Source: Arcobacteraceae bacterium (GTDB lineage: Bacteria > Campylobacterota > Campylobacteria > Campylobacterales > Arcobacteraceae). Taken from it: DNA of 64,000 nucleotides. The notes under the pieces are model-generated. The model made no database searches. It saw only the letters and a program-made list of their open reading frames with translations, and was not told the DNA's origin. The stretch covers positions 1,504,001 to 1,568,000 of the forward strand of contig OY759974.1 in NCBI GenBank assembly GCA_963662945.1. The letters run 5' to 3'. Position 1 is the stretch's first letter; each line of letters starts with the position of its first letter. The translations under genes were made by a program, and so were the position numbers. Shown in pieces: positions 1 through 8,991 of the stretch.

Positions 1-258
1 CAAAGCATTTTTAATAGATTGTTGTCTAGTGCTACCACCTGCAACAAAATCATAGTTATCTGAAAAGTTTTTCATATAACTTAACTCATTTTGATGAGAA
101 ACTATAATGATTTTATCAAAATTATGGAATGATGATATTCTTTTTGTTACGTATAACCACAAAGGTTCATCTTCTATTCGTAACCATTGTTTTTTGGCTT
201 TTAATTCGAATCTAAATGAATTGCCTGCGCATAGTACTACTAAAGTTGTCTCGTTCAA
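1..258 (-). CDS. ispDF: Bifunctional IspD/IspF (MEP cytidylyltransferase), 5' part only, runs off the window
   Basis: Manual translation from TTG at 258, preceded by an AGAGG RBS: MNETTLVVLCAGNSFRFELKAKKQWLRI...GGSTRQQSIKNAL. Matches the IspD AG-x-S-x-R, KQW and GGxTRQxS motifs. The IspF half is not visible; the fusion is inferred from the lineage. Confidence 0.8.
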   Translation of the reverse strand, partial: MNETTLVVLCAGNSFRFELKAKKQWLRIEDEPLWLYVTKRISSFHNFDKIIIVSHQNELSYMKNFSDNYDFVAGGSTRQQSIKNAL

Positions 259-380
259 AATGACCTCTTATTTATATAATGTGTAAAAAAGTTACGAATT
301 ATATATAATTCTCACTTAATATGTTATTAGTTAAATTTCAGATAATATTATGTGATAAAAATACGTAGAAAAGGGTTCAT

Positions 381-1271
381 TTGCCATTTATTTTAAAAGA
401 ATTTCCAGCAGTACCTGGAAAAAAGATTCAACAATTTTTAATTGATGATGTTGGGTTAAGTATTTCTAGTTCTCAAAAATTATTAGCTAAGTGTAGAGTA
501 TTTGATCAAAATGATAAAGTTTTACAAAATGGTGAAAAATTAAAATGTGATTTTATTAAGATTGCCATGTTTGAAGGACAAACAAGAGGATTAAAGCCTA
601 TCTTCAATACTAGAGAATTTGCAATATTTGATAAACCATCTGGAGTAATTGTTCATCCCACTTCAAGAAATACAGAGTATTCATTACTTGATGAGATACG
701 ATTTCATTTTGGAGATAGTGCTAATTTAGCTCATCGAATTGATCAAGAGACTTCTGGTTTAGTTCTTATAACTAAAAGTAAGTATAGTGACATAATTTTA
801 AAAGATATGTTTGAAAATAAACTTTATGAAAAAAAATACTTAGCTATAGTTGAGGGAAAAATAGATAAAAATATAACAATTGATAGTGGGATAAAAAAAG
901 CAACAAATAGTAAAATAGGTGTAAAAATGGTAACAGCAGCTGATGGAAAAGAATCTATTACTCATATAATACCATTAGAATATAATAAAATAAAAAATCA
1001 AACTCTTGTTGAAGCAATACCAATTACTGGTAGACAACATCAAATACGAGTACATCTTGATTCTATAGGACATAAAATTGTTGGAGATCCAATATATGGA
1101 GTAGATGAAGATATTGCAGATAAATATCTCTTAAAACAATTAACGCAAGAAGAGAGACTTCTTCATATAAAAGATGAAAGATTGCGGTTGCAGGCAAATT
1201 TTTTAAAATTTCAGTTTGACAATAATACATATGAAATTTATTCAAAGCTTAAGTTTAAAGTAGTAAAATGA
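381..1271 (+). CDS. RluA-family RNA pseudouridine synthase
   Basis: Motifs KPSG-x-x-VHP, HRIDQETSG (catalytic Asp), TGRQHQIRVH and IVGDPIYG. Confidence 0.92.
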   Translation: MPFILKEFPAVPGKKIQQFLIDDVGLSISSSQKLLAKCRVFDQNDKVLQNGEKLKCDFIKIAMFEGQTRGLKPIFNTREFAIFDKPSGVIVHPTSRNTEYSLLDEIRFHFGDSANLAHRIDQETSGLVLITKSKYSDIILKDMFENKLYEKKYLAIVEGKIDKNITIDSGIKKATNSKIGVKMVTAADGKESITHIIPLEYNKIKNQTLVEAIPITGRQHQIRVHLDSIGHKIVGDPIYGVDEDIADKYLLKQLTQEERLLHIKDERLRLQANFLKFQFDNNTYEIYSKLKFKVVK

Positions 1272-1275
1272 TAAC

Positions 1276-2244
1276 ATGAAGAATGAAATGTTAAATCTTA
1301 TTGAGTTAGCTATACAAGATAAAGAGAAGCTAAAGTCTTTAGAGAATATTTACTCATTATATGACCAATTACAATACAGCGAAAACATACAAGAAATGGC
1401 ATCAAGTTTATGTGATTGGTTAAGAGAAAAATATGAAGTTCAAAATATGAAATTTTCTCTATTTGATTTAGAAACAAATTTATCGACAGATGTTATTAAA
1501 AAGGGTGAAGAGTTCTTCTTAGATGGAGAATATTCTTTTTATTTTATTATAAATACTCATACAGATATGAATGCAATAGTGGCATTTAGTGCGACAAATG
1601 AAGAACATTTCAACAGTATAAATGATGACTATTCTTTTATAGAAGCAGCTTTTTTCCAAATATCACCTATTTTACAAAATGGAATTATGAAAAAACATCA
1701 TGTTGAAGCTTCCTCAATAGATAGCGTGACAAATGTTCATAATAGAAAATATCTTATAAAGCATATAAATAAGATAATATCTTTATCTCAAAATGATGAA
1801 AAAGATATTGCTTTTTTGATGATAGGTATTGATAGATTTAAAGCAGTAATTGAAGAATTTGATTATGATATTGGAGATAAAGTACTTATAGAGTTAGCCA
1901 AAGTTATTCATAGTCATATAAAAGATTTTGATATTGTTGCTAGATTAACAGGGGATGAGTTTTTAGTTGCGTTGGTGAATCCAAACTCTATTTCTCTTGT
2001 TGAAAATACTGCAAAAAAAATTATTGAAGATTTTGCTAAAGTTGAAGTAACTGTCAATCAAGAAACAGGACAAACATTAAGAAAAACAGTTTGTATTGGT
2101 ATTTCTCTTTTCCCTTATGATGGAACTGATATAACACAAGTCTTAAAAAATGCAGATATATTTCTAAATGAAGCTAAAAATAAAGGACGTTCTCAATATG
2201 CTTTTTATAAAAAAGAAGAAGAGAGTAGCATAGATTTATTTTAA
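1276..2244 (+). CDS. GGDEF-domain protein with a degenerate active site
   Basis: DSVTNVHNRKY, IDRFK, IGDKVL, ARLTGDEF, and AD..L.EAKNKGR. The signature is TGDEF. Confidence 0.85.
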   Translation: MKNEMLNLIELAIQDKEKLKSLENIYSLYDQLQYSENIQEMASSLCDWLREKYEVQNMKFSLFDLETNLSTDVIKKGEEFFLDGEYSFYFIINTHTDMNAIVAFSATNEEHFNSINDDYSFIEAAFFQISPILQNGIMKKHHVEASSIDSVTNVHNRKYLIKHINKIISLSQNDEKDIAFLMIGIDRFKAVIEEFDYDIGDKVLIELAKVIHSHIKDFDIVARLTGDEFLVALVNPNSISLVENTAKKIIEDFAKVEVTVNQETGQTLRKTVCIGISLFPYDGTDITQVLKNADIFLNEAKNKGRSQYAFYKKEEESSIDLF

Positions 2245-2331
2245 TTTTAGCTTAAGTTGTGTATAATTCGCAACTTTTATAAAGGGCGACAAAGACGCGA
2301 CCCTTTTGCTATAATAAAAAAAGGAAAGAAA

Positions 2332-2532
2332 ATGAAAAAAGATATTCACCCAGATTTCAAAGTATGTCAAGTAAGTTGTGCTTGTGGAAATGCATTTGAA
2401 ACAAAATCTAATGTTGAAACTTTAAGAATCGACGTTTGTGCTGCATGTCACCCATTTTTCACAGGTGAGCAAAAAATTGTTGATGCTGCTGGTAGAGTTG
2501 AAAAATTCAAAGCTAGATATGCAATGAAATAA
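2332..2532 (+). CDS. rpmE: 50S ribosomal protein L31 (Zn-ribbon type)
   Basis: MKKDIHP...CACG...[10 protein letters not shown]...AGRVEKF. An AAGGA RBS precedes the ATG at 2332, so the ORF-track start at 2257 is too long. Confidence 0.97.
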   Translation: MKKDIHPDFKVCQVSCACGNAFETKSNVETLRIDVCAACHPFFTGEQKIVDAAGRVEKFKARYAMK

Positions 2533-3347
2533 TGTTGACATTTGTTCCAACTCCTATAGGGAACTTAGGAGATATATCTTTTAGAACACTTGAAGTTCTA
2601 AAAGATGGGGAACTAATCTTGTGTGAAGACACAAGAATAACAAAAAAGCTTTTCTCTCTTATTAGTTCAAAATATGATATAACTTTTCCTAATTTTCAAT
2701 TTATTAGTCTTCATTCCCATAATGAAAAAGAGTTTTTAACTACTGAAAATATTGAAATACTTAAAACAAAAAACTGTATATATTTAAGTGATGCAGGGAT
2801 GCCTTGTGTTAGTGATCCTGGAAGTTACCTGGTTGATTTTTGTTTAAAAAATAACATTTCATATGATATTTTGCCTGGGGCTAATGCAATTTTAACAGCT
2901 TATGCAAGTAGTGGATTTTCTCATACTACATTTACTTTTTTTGGATTTTTACCACATAAAGGTTCCTCTCGTAGTGATATGTTAGACAAAGTGATGAATA
3001 GTGAGAATTTGGCTATTTTATATGAATCTCCACATAGATTATTAAAACTTTTAGAAGAGATTAATAATATTGATAAAAATAGAATAGTATTTTTAACAAA
3101 AGAATTAACAAAAAAATATCAAAAGAGATATAAAGATAGTATTGATAATATCTTTCATCAATTCAAAAATGAAACTATTAAAGGTGAATGGGTAGTAATT
3201 ATAGAACCAAAACAACAAGAGAATATTGGTATTATTACTTATAATGATATAGCAGAACTTTCTCTCGCTCCAAAACAAAAAGCAAAATTATTGTCTAAAT
3301 TAACAGGAGAAAGTGTAAAAGATATTTATAATAAGTTAATATCTTAA
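2532..3347 (+). CDS. rsmI: 16S rRNA C1402 2'-O-methyltransferase
   Basis: PTPIGNLGDIS, CEDTR, SDAGMPCVSDPG, YESPHRL, ELTK. Confidence 0.95.
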   Translation: MLTFVPTPIGNLGDISFRTLEVLKDGELILCEDTRITKKLFSLISSKYDITFPNFQFISLHSHNEKEFLTTENIEILKTKNCIYLSDAGMPCVSDPGSYLVDFCLKNNISYDILPGANAILTAYASSGFSHTTFTFFGFLPHKGSSRSDMLDKVMNSENLAILYESPHRLLKLLEEINNIDKNRIVFLTKELTKKYQKRYKDSIDNIFHQFKNETIKGEWVVIIEPKQQENIGIITYNDIAELSLAPKQKAKLLSKLTGESVKDIYNKLIS

Positions 3348-3353
3348 AATACT

Positions 3354-3947
3354 ATGCAATTTGTTCAAGAAGAATTTAATGTAACTGTTGAGATTAAGAA
3401 ATCAAAGTTTATTGCATATCTATTTCCTTACGAAAAATTTGATGAAGTGATGGAAAAATTAAAAGTTGAACATCCTAAAGCAAGACATTTTGTTTATGCC
3501 TATAGATATTTGAATGAATTTGACCAAGTTGTTGAAAATAGTAGTGATGATGGAGAGCCAAAGGGTACAAGTGGGAAACCATCTCTAGCTGTGTTGACTG
3601 GGATGGAGATTATTAACAGTGGAGTTATAATTGTGCGTTACTTTGGTGGTATTAAGCTAGGTACAGGTGGATTAGTTCGTGCTTATGGTGATGCAGTTAA
3701 TGAAATATTGAAGTGTGCAAAACTATTTGAATATAAAAAACTTATTGAAAAAAAACTAAATTTTGAGTATAGTTACTTATCAAAAGTTGAGTATTTACTG
3801 AATAAATATGATATTATCACCACAAAAAAAATATTTGAATCAAATGTAATATTATATATTCAAGCTTCCCAAGAACAATTAGATAAGCTTGCAAATGAAT
3901 TAGATAGAAAATGTAAAATAGAGGAAATAGAATTTGAAAAAAAATGA
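3354..3947 (+). CDS. yigZ: YigZ/IMPACT family protein
   Basis: IKKSKFIA, SDDGEPKGTSG, VRYFGGIKLGTGGLVRAY. Confidence 0.93.
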   Translation: MQFVQEEFNVTVEIKKSKFIAYLFPYEKFDEVMEKLKVEHPKARHFVYAYRYLNEFDQVVENSSDDGEPKGTSGKPSLAVLTGMEIINSGVIIVRYFGGIKLGTGGLVRAYGDAVNEILKCAKLFEYKKLIEKKLNFEYSYLSKVEYLLNKYDIITTKKIFESNVILYIQASQEQLDKLANELDRKCKIEEIEFEKK

Positions 3948-4365
3948 TGTGCCACCATATGGGTGGATTTTAATTCTAATTAGTATTGTAAATATAATTT
4001 TTAGTACATATTTTATCTCTATTTTTTTAGCAGGGGTTGTTTTTAAAATATTTTTAGAATCTTTAAAAAAGCAATATTATTATATTCTTACTTTTTCAAT
4101 TGTAACTTTTTTAATCATTGAAGTTGTACAAGGATTTAAACTATTTTTATTAACTGCAATTGCACTTTTTTTATACTATTTTATTATTCCAAGGATTAAA
4201 CATACTTTTTCATCTTCAATAATGTCAGAATTTATTTATATTTTTTTATTTTATCTTCTAACATTTATTGTTACTATTTTTTATACGTTATTTAATATAA
4301 ACATGTTGTATATTTTTATATATAATTTTTTAATTGATATTATTATCGTAGGATTTATTATATGA
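3934..4365 (+). CDS. Small polytopic membrane protein, possibly MreD-like
   Basis: About 5 hydrophobic segments. Its stop overlaps the mrdA start, the position MreD usually occupies. No sequence motif recognised. Confidence 0.5.
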   Translation: MKKNDVPPYGWILILISIVNIIFSTYFISIFLAGVVFKIFLESLKKQYYYILTFSIVTFLIIEVVQGFKLFLLTAIALFLYYFIIPRIKHTFSSSIMSEFIYIFLFYLLTFIVTIFYTLFNINMLYIFIYNFLIDIIIVGFII

Positions 4366-6128
4366 GATTAAAATTAATTATAGGATTTATATTTGTAATT
4401 GTTGCTCTTTTATTAGGGAGAGTATATTACTTAAGTATTCAATCAAATGAATATTATGAAAAACTCTCTAAAAAAAATTATATTAAAAGATTTTATACTA
4501 CTTCTTCAAGAGGTTCTATTTTAGATAGAAATGGCAAATATTTAGCAATTAATAAAGTTGGATTTAGTATCAATGTAAAACCGCATCTTAGAAGTAATGA
4601 AAAATTTAAAGATGTAGAAGAAGTGGCAAATCTTATAGTGAAGTATTTTCCAAATTTTAAATACGAAGAACTACTTAAGAAGTATAAACAGTTAGACTCC
4701 CCATATAAACATAATTTGATTAAGTTAATTGATTATATTCCTTATGATGATTTCTTTAAATACTATACTATATTTAATTCAAATGATAATGTTGAAATAG
4801 AACTAGCAACTTTACGGAAATATCTTTATAAAGATGTTGCGGCACATATTTTAGGATATATGGGAAAAACAACCATCAAAGATATTGAAAATGATGAGGA
4901 TAGTAAGTATTTTGAACAAACTGGTAGAAGTGGAATAGAAAAATATTATGATAAAGTTTTACGTGGAGAGTTAGGGTATCAAGATGTTCAAGTAAATTCA
5001 TTATATAAAAAATTGAAGGTTTTAAATGAAGTTAAATCAACAAAAAGAGATATTCAACTTACAATAGATATTGAACTTCAAAAATATATTCATGAACTTT
5101 TTGGAAAACAAGCTGGTGCTGTTGTTGTTATGGATATTAACAATGGAGAACTTCTAGCCGCAGGAAGTTTCCCTGAATTTGATAATAATTTATTTGTTAA
5201 TGGGATTAGCCATGAAGATTGGAAAAAGATTCGGGAAGATTTTAATCATCCATTTACTAATAAATTAATAAATGGATTGTATCCACCTGGTTCAGTTATG
5301 AAAATGGGAGTTGCTATTGCTTTTTTAGAAAATGATATTCCTCCTAACTTTACAGTGTATTGTGATGGAGAGATGCAATTAGGTACAAGAAAATTTAGAT
5401 GTTGGAATGACAAAGGACATCATAGAACAGGTTTTGTAAAAGCTATTAGAGAAAGTTGTGATGATTTCTTTTATAAAGGAAGTTTAAAAATCGGTATAAA
5501 TAGTATTCATAAAACATTAGATAGATTTGGAATAGGGAAAAAAACGGGGGTAGATTTACCAGTAGAATTTGCAGGTATAAATCCAGATAAAAAATGGAAA
5601 AAAGATACACAAAAACTACCTTGGTATATGGGAGAAACATTAGTTGCTTCAATTGGACAAGGATTTATAAATGTAACACCAATGCAAATTGCAAGATATA
5701 CAGGGGCAATGGCAACTAATAAGTTACAAAGACCTCATTTATTACAAGATGAGAGTTTAATTGAGTCTGTTGATACAAATATCTCACAAAGAGATTTACG
5801 TATTGTACAAAGAGGAATGTATGAGGTTGCTAATAAACAATTTGGTACTGCTGTAAATTATATTAAATCTAAAGTTACTGTCGCTGCTAAAACGGGAACT
5901 GCACAGGTTGTTGGTATTCCTCAATCTGAGAAAAAAAGAATGAAAGAGCATGAGTTAGAATATTTTCAACGATCTCAAGCTTGGCTTACAACTTATGCCC
6001 CATATAAAAATCCTCAATATGTGGTTACTATATTAGTAGAGCATGGTGGACATGGTGGTAGTGCAGCTGGGCCAATGGCAGGAAAAATTTATGATAAACT
6101 TATTGAATTGGGATATATAAATGAATAA
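4362..6128 (+). CDS. mrdA: Penicillin-binding protein 2
   Basis: N-terminal TM, RGSILDRNG, SxxK (PGSVMK), SxD (ESCD) and KTG (KTGTAQ) motifs. Confidence 0.95.
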   Translation: MRLKLIIGFIFVIVALLLGRVYYLSIQSNEYYEKLSKKNYIKRFYTTSSRGSILDRNGKYLAINKVGFSINVKPHLRSNEKFKDVEEVANLIVKYFPNFKYEELLKKYKQLDSPYKHNLIKLIDYIPYDDFFKYYTIFNSNDNVEIELATLRKYLYKDVAAHILGYMGKTTIKDIENDEDSKYFEQTGRSGIEKYYDKVLRGELGYQDVQVNSLYKKLKVLNEVKSTKRDIQLTIDIELQKYIHELFGKQAGAVVVMDINNGELLAAGSFPEFDNNLFVNGISHEDWKKIREDFNHPFTNKLINGLYPPGSVMKMGVAIAFLENDIPPNFTVYCDGEMQLGTRKFRCWNDKGHHRTGFVKAIRESCDDFFYKGSLKIGINSIHKTLDRFGIGKKTGVDLPVEFAGINPDKKWKKDTQKLPWYMGETLVASIGQGFINVTPMQIARYTGAMATNKLQRPHLLQDESLIESVDTNISQRDLRIVQRGMYEVANKQFGTAVNYIKSKVTVAAKTGTAQVVGIPQSEKKRMKEHELEYFQRSQAWLTTYAPYKNPQYVVTILVEHGGHGGSAAGPMAGKIYDKLIELGYINE

Positions 6129-7083
6129 GAACCAAACAGAGTTTCAAAATGTATATAAGTTAATTCATTCAAGTCATTATATTCTAATAGTCACTCATAT
6201 TAATCCAGATGCAGATACTTTGTCTTCAGCTTTAGCTTTAAGTAATTATATGTCTAGAAATAATATAAATCATAAGGTATATAATAGTTCACAACATTTA
6301 CCTAGAAATTTAGATTTTTTACCAAGATTTGATAAGATTGTAAATACATTACCTCATACTTATGATTTGGTTATATATGTTGATTGTGGTGACCAACAAC
6401 GAATTGGGACAGAACTTTTAAATTGTAAAACGATTAATATTGATCATCATCAATCTAATGATAATTATGGAGATATAAATATTGTTGATTTTCATAAAGG
6501 AAGTACGGCTGAAGTTATATATGAGTTTTTTATTCAGAATAATATTACAATAACAAAAGATATAGCTACTTGTTTATATATTGGGATATATGATGATAGT
6601 ATCGCTTTCACAACTCCTAGAACAGATCAAAAGACTTTTGAAGCCTTAAATACTATTGTTGGAACAGGTATTAATATTACAAAAATATCACAAAATTATT
6701 TGATGAGAGATTCTTTAGCTAAGTATAGATTAATGCCTCAAATTTTACAAACTTTGGATTTATATTGCGAAGGAAGAGTTGCATCTATATATCAAAAAGA
6801 AGAATGGTTAGAAACAACAGGAGCAAATTTTAATGAATGTGATGATGTTGTAAATGATATATTAAAGATATCAATAGTACAAATAGCTATTTATTTAAGA
6901 GAAGAGAAAAATTATATAAGAGTATCGTTAAGAGGAAAAGATGATGCAAAAATAAATCTCTCGAAAGTTGCAAGTAACTTTAGTGGTGGTGGCCATAAAA
7001 ATGCGGCAGGAGCCACATTAAAAGATGTAAGTATAGAAGAAGCTATCAAGAAGCTCTTAGAAGTTATTAAAAATTACATTTAG
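6121..7083 (+). CDS. DHH/DHHA1 phosphoesterase (NrnA-like)
   Basis: HINPDAD, VDC, IDHH, SLRG and GGGHKNAAG. Confidence 0.9.
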   Translation: MNKNQTEFQNVYKLIHSSHYILIVTHINPDADTLSSALALSNYMSRNNINHKVYNSSQHLPRNLDFLPRFDKIVNTLPHTYDLVIYVDCGDQQRIGTELLNCKTINIDHHQSNDNYGDINIVDFHKGSTAEVIYEFFIQNNITITKDIATCLYIGIYDDSIAFTTPRTDQKTFEALNTIVGTGINITKISQNYLMRDSLAKYRLMPQILQTLDLYCEGRVASIYQKEEWLETTGANFNECDDVVNDILKISIVQIAIYLREEKNYIRVSLRGKDDAKINLSKVASNFSGGGHKNAAGATLKDVSIEEAIKKLLEVIKNYI

Positions 7084-8527
7084 TATCAAATTCTTGTTGT
7101 GTAATATTTGCTATTAATGTATCAATATTTTCAGTTGATTCTCTTATAAGTGAATTCATTTTTATTTGTAATTCTTCATTTTCAAAAGGACCTATAAAGA
7201 TTTGAGTTTTCCCATTATCATTATTACATATAGAAATTCTTGCTTGTTTTGAATTTGTTTTTAATACTAGTTCTTTAAATAATTTGTATTTAAGACTATT
7301 TACTAAAACAAATTTTAATTTACTATTTGATTCTATCATATTAATAATATTAGTTGTTTCCGTAGAATGTTGTATTTTATGCTCTTCTGGTATAGTTATA
7401 GTTTCATTACTTTGTTGCTCTTTTTTATCTTCTTTTGGTTCTTCTGTATGTATAGGAGTAGAAGGTTCTTTTTTTTCTTCAACTACAAGAGGTTCTTCTT
7501 TATTTTGTTTTGCAAATTCTATAAGTTCTTGTTCTTTTTTAAGTTGTATGATTCTTTGTTTCTCTTCTTGTGCTTGAGCTTCTAATTCTTCTTGTGTAAG
7601 TATTTGATATTTTGTTAATAATTCAAGTTTACTATTAAGCCTTTCAACATTTATATCACTCATTTTAAAGTCGATTTTTTTTGAAGGTTTATATTTGATT
7701 ACCTCAATATTATTTTTAATTTTTTCTGTAGTATTTATATCTTTTGGTTCTTTTATAGGTTCTGGATCAAACATACCCATCATATACATTATTACAGCTA
7801 TAATTAAAGTAAGAGTGATAAGACCACCAATGATAATAATAATCTTTTTTAATTTTTTTTCTTTTGAATCAGTTTCATTTTCTTGAATCTCTTCTTCATT
7901 TTCTTTTTTATCTTCTGTTGGTGTTGTTTCTGTTTCCAAAACTTCTTCAGAAATTTCTTCAGGAACTTCTTTTTTTACTTCTTCTGGATAAAATGTTTGA
8001 TTCATATTTGTAAGTTCAGTTATAAAACCAATAAAGTTTTCTTCAAATTGGGTAAAAATAACTATTTCTTTTTCATCAATATCTATTAAAAATCTATAAA
8101 TATTTTCAACTGATTCAAGTGAATTTCCATCAAAAATTTCTTTATGTTTTATATTGAATTTTGATTTATTACCAATATCTTCAAAACTACTAGCATTGAT
8201 AGTCGTGACAAGTCCACCACAAGTATTAGATATGAATTCAGCCATTGCATCAGCAGTATCATCATCAATTTTTGATGATATCTCACTATTTGGTGCCCCC
8301 ATCATAATATTAAATATTAAAGATGCACTTTGTGCTGGAACATAATATGAGAAAATAGATGTTAATTTATCAAAGGCAAATTCTACATCAATTTTTATAA
8401 GCTCACTATTTTCGAAATCTCTTTTGTCTACTTTTGTACATTCTTTTAATGACGTGTCTTTCGCTAACAAATCACTTAATGTATCAGACAAATTTTCTGG
8501 TATAATTTTTGATAAATCTGAAGCCAT
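7067..8527 (-). CDS. Membrane protein: N-terminal FliY/CheC-like domain, acidic linker, TM helix, charged linker, SPOR-like C-terminus
   Basis: The N-terminus aligns by eye with FliY at 23222. TM is IIIIIGGLITLTLIIAVIMYMMG after KEKKLKK. C-terminal QIFIGPFENEE resembles SPOR domains. Confidence 0.6.
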   Translation of the reverse strand: MASDLSKIIPENLSDTLSDLLAKDTSLKECTKVDKRDFENSELIKIDVEFAFDKLTSIFSYYVPAQSASLIFNIMMGAPNSEISSKIDDDTADAMAEFISNTCGGLVTTINASSFEDIGNKSKFNIKHKEIFDGNSLESVENIYRFLIDIDEKEIVIFTQFEENFIGFITELTNMNQTFYPEEVKKEVPEEISEEVLETETTPTEDKKENEEEIQENETDSKEKKLKKIIIIIGGLITLTLIIAVIMYMMGMFDPEPIKEPKDINTTEKIKNNIEVIKYKPSKKIDFKMSDINVERLNSKLELLTKYQILTQEELEAQAQEEKQRIIQLKKEQELIEFAKQNKEEPLVVEEKKEPSTPIHTEEPKEDKKEQQSNETITIPEEHKIQHSTETTNIINMIESNSKLKFVLVNSLKYKLFKELVLKTNSKQARISICNNDNGKTQIFIGPFENEELQIKMNSLIRESTENIDTLIANITQQEFDTKCNF

Positions 8528-8964
8528 TATTTATTTTCCATTTTGTTTTTTAGTCTATTTTCTTTTTGTTGCTGTAATATTCTTTCTTTGTTCTTTTGGT
8601 AATATTCTTTTCTATATTCTCTCAGTTTTTCTTTTTGCTTGTCTCTGTACTCTTTATCGTATTCTAGTCTGGTTTCTTTATTCTGATTGTAATATTGTTG
8701 CTTTTTATTTTTGTATTCTTCAATTTTATTTTTTATTATCTCTTCTCTTGACTGTACATGAAGTTTTTGCTTTTTTGCAATCTCTTTTAACTTATCTGCA
8801 AAGTTCCCACCAAAAAGTTCAACTTCATAATCTATTGATTGAACTTTTTTTGCAACGGATGCCTGTTTTTTTTGCATTTTAGATTTTAAATAATAAGCTC
8901 TTTTTTTTCTCTTATGCTCTAAAAGCTTTTCTTCTCTAATTCTTTTTAATTCAGTTAAATCCAT
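8527..8964 (-). CDS. Hypothetical Lys/Glu/Tyr-rich helical protein
   Basis: 145-aa ORF downstream of flgG, overlapping the next start by 1 nt, with 15-aa periodic repeats. Confidence 0.7.
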   Translation of the reverse strand: MDLTELKRIREEKLLEHKRKKRAYYLKSKMQKKQASVAKKVQSIDYEVELFGGNFADKLKEIAKKQKLHVQSREEIIKNKIEEYKNKKQQYYNQNKETRLEYDKEYRDKQKEKLREYRKEYYQKNKERILQQQKENRLKNKMENK

Positions 8965-8991
8965 TGACTCTCACTAACCTAATTTTTTAGA

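Noticed and set aside
2257-2331. N-terminal extension of L31 in the ORF track
   Set aside because: It covers the promoter and leader; the RBS and family N-terminus indicate a start at 2332.
7067-7083. Convergent 3' overlaps (here and at 56970-56978)
   Set aside because: Short tail-to-tail overlaps are ordinary in compact genomes.
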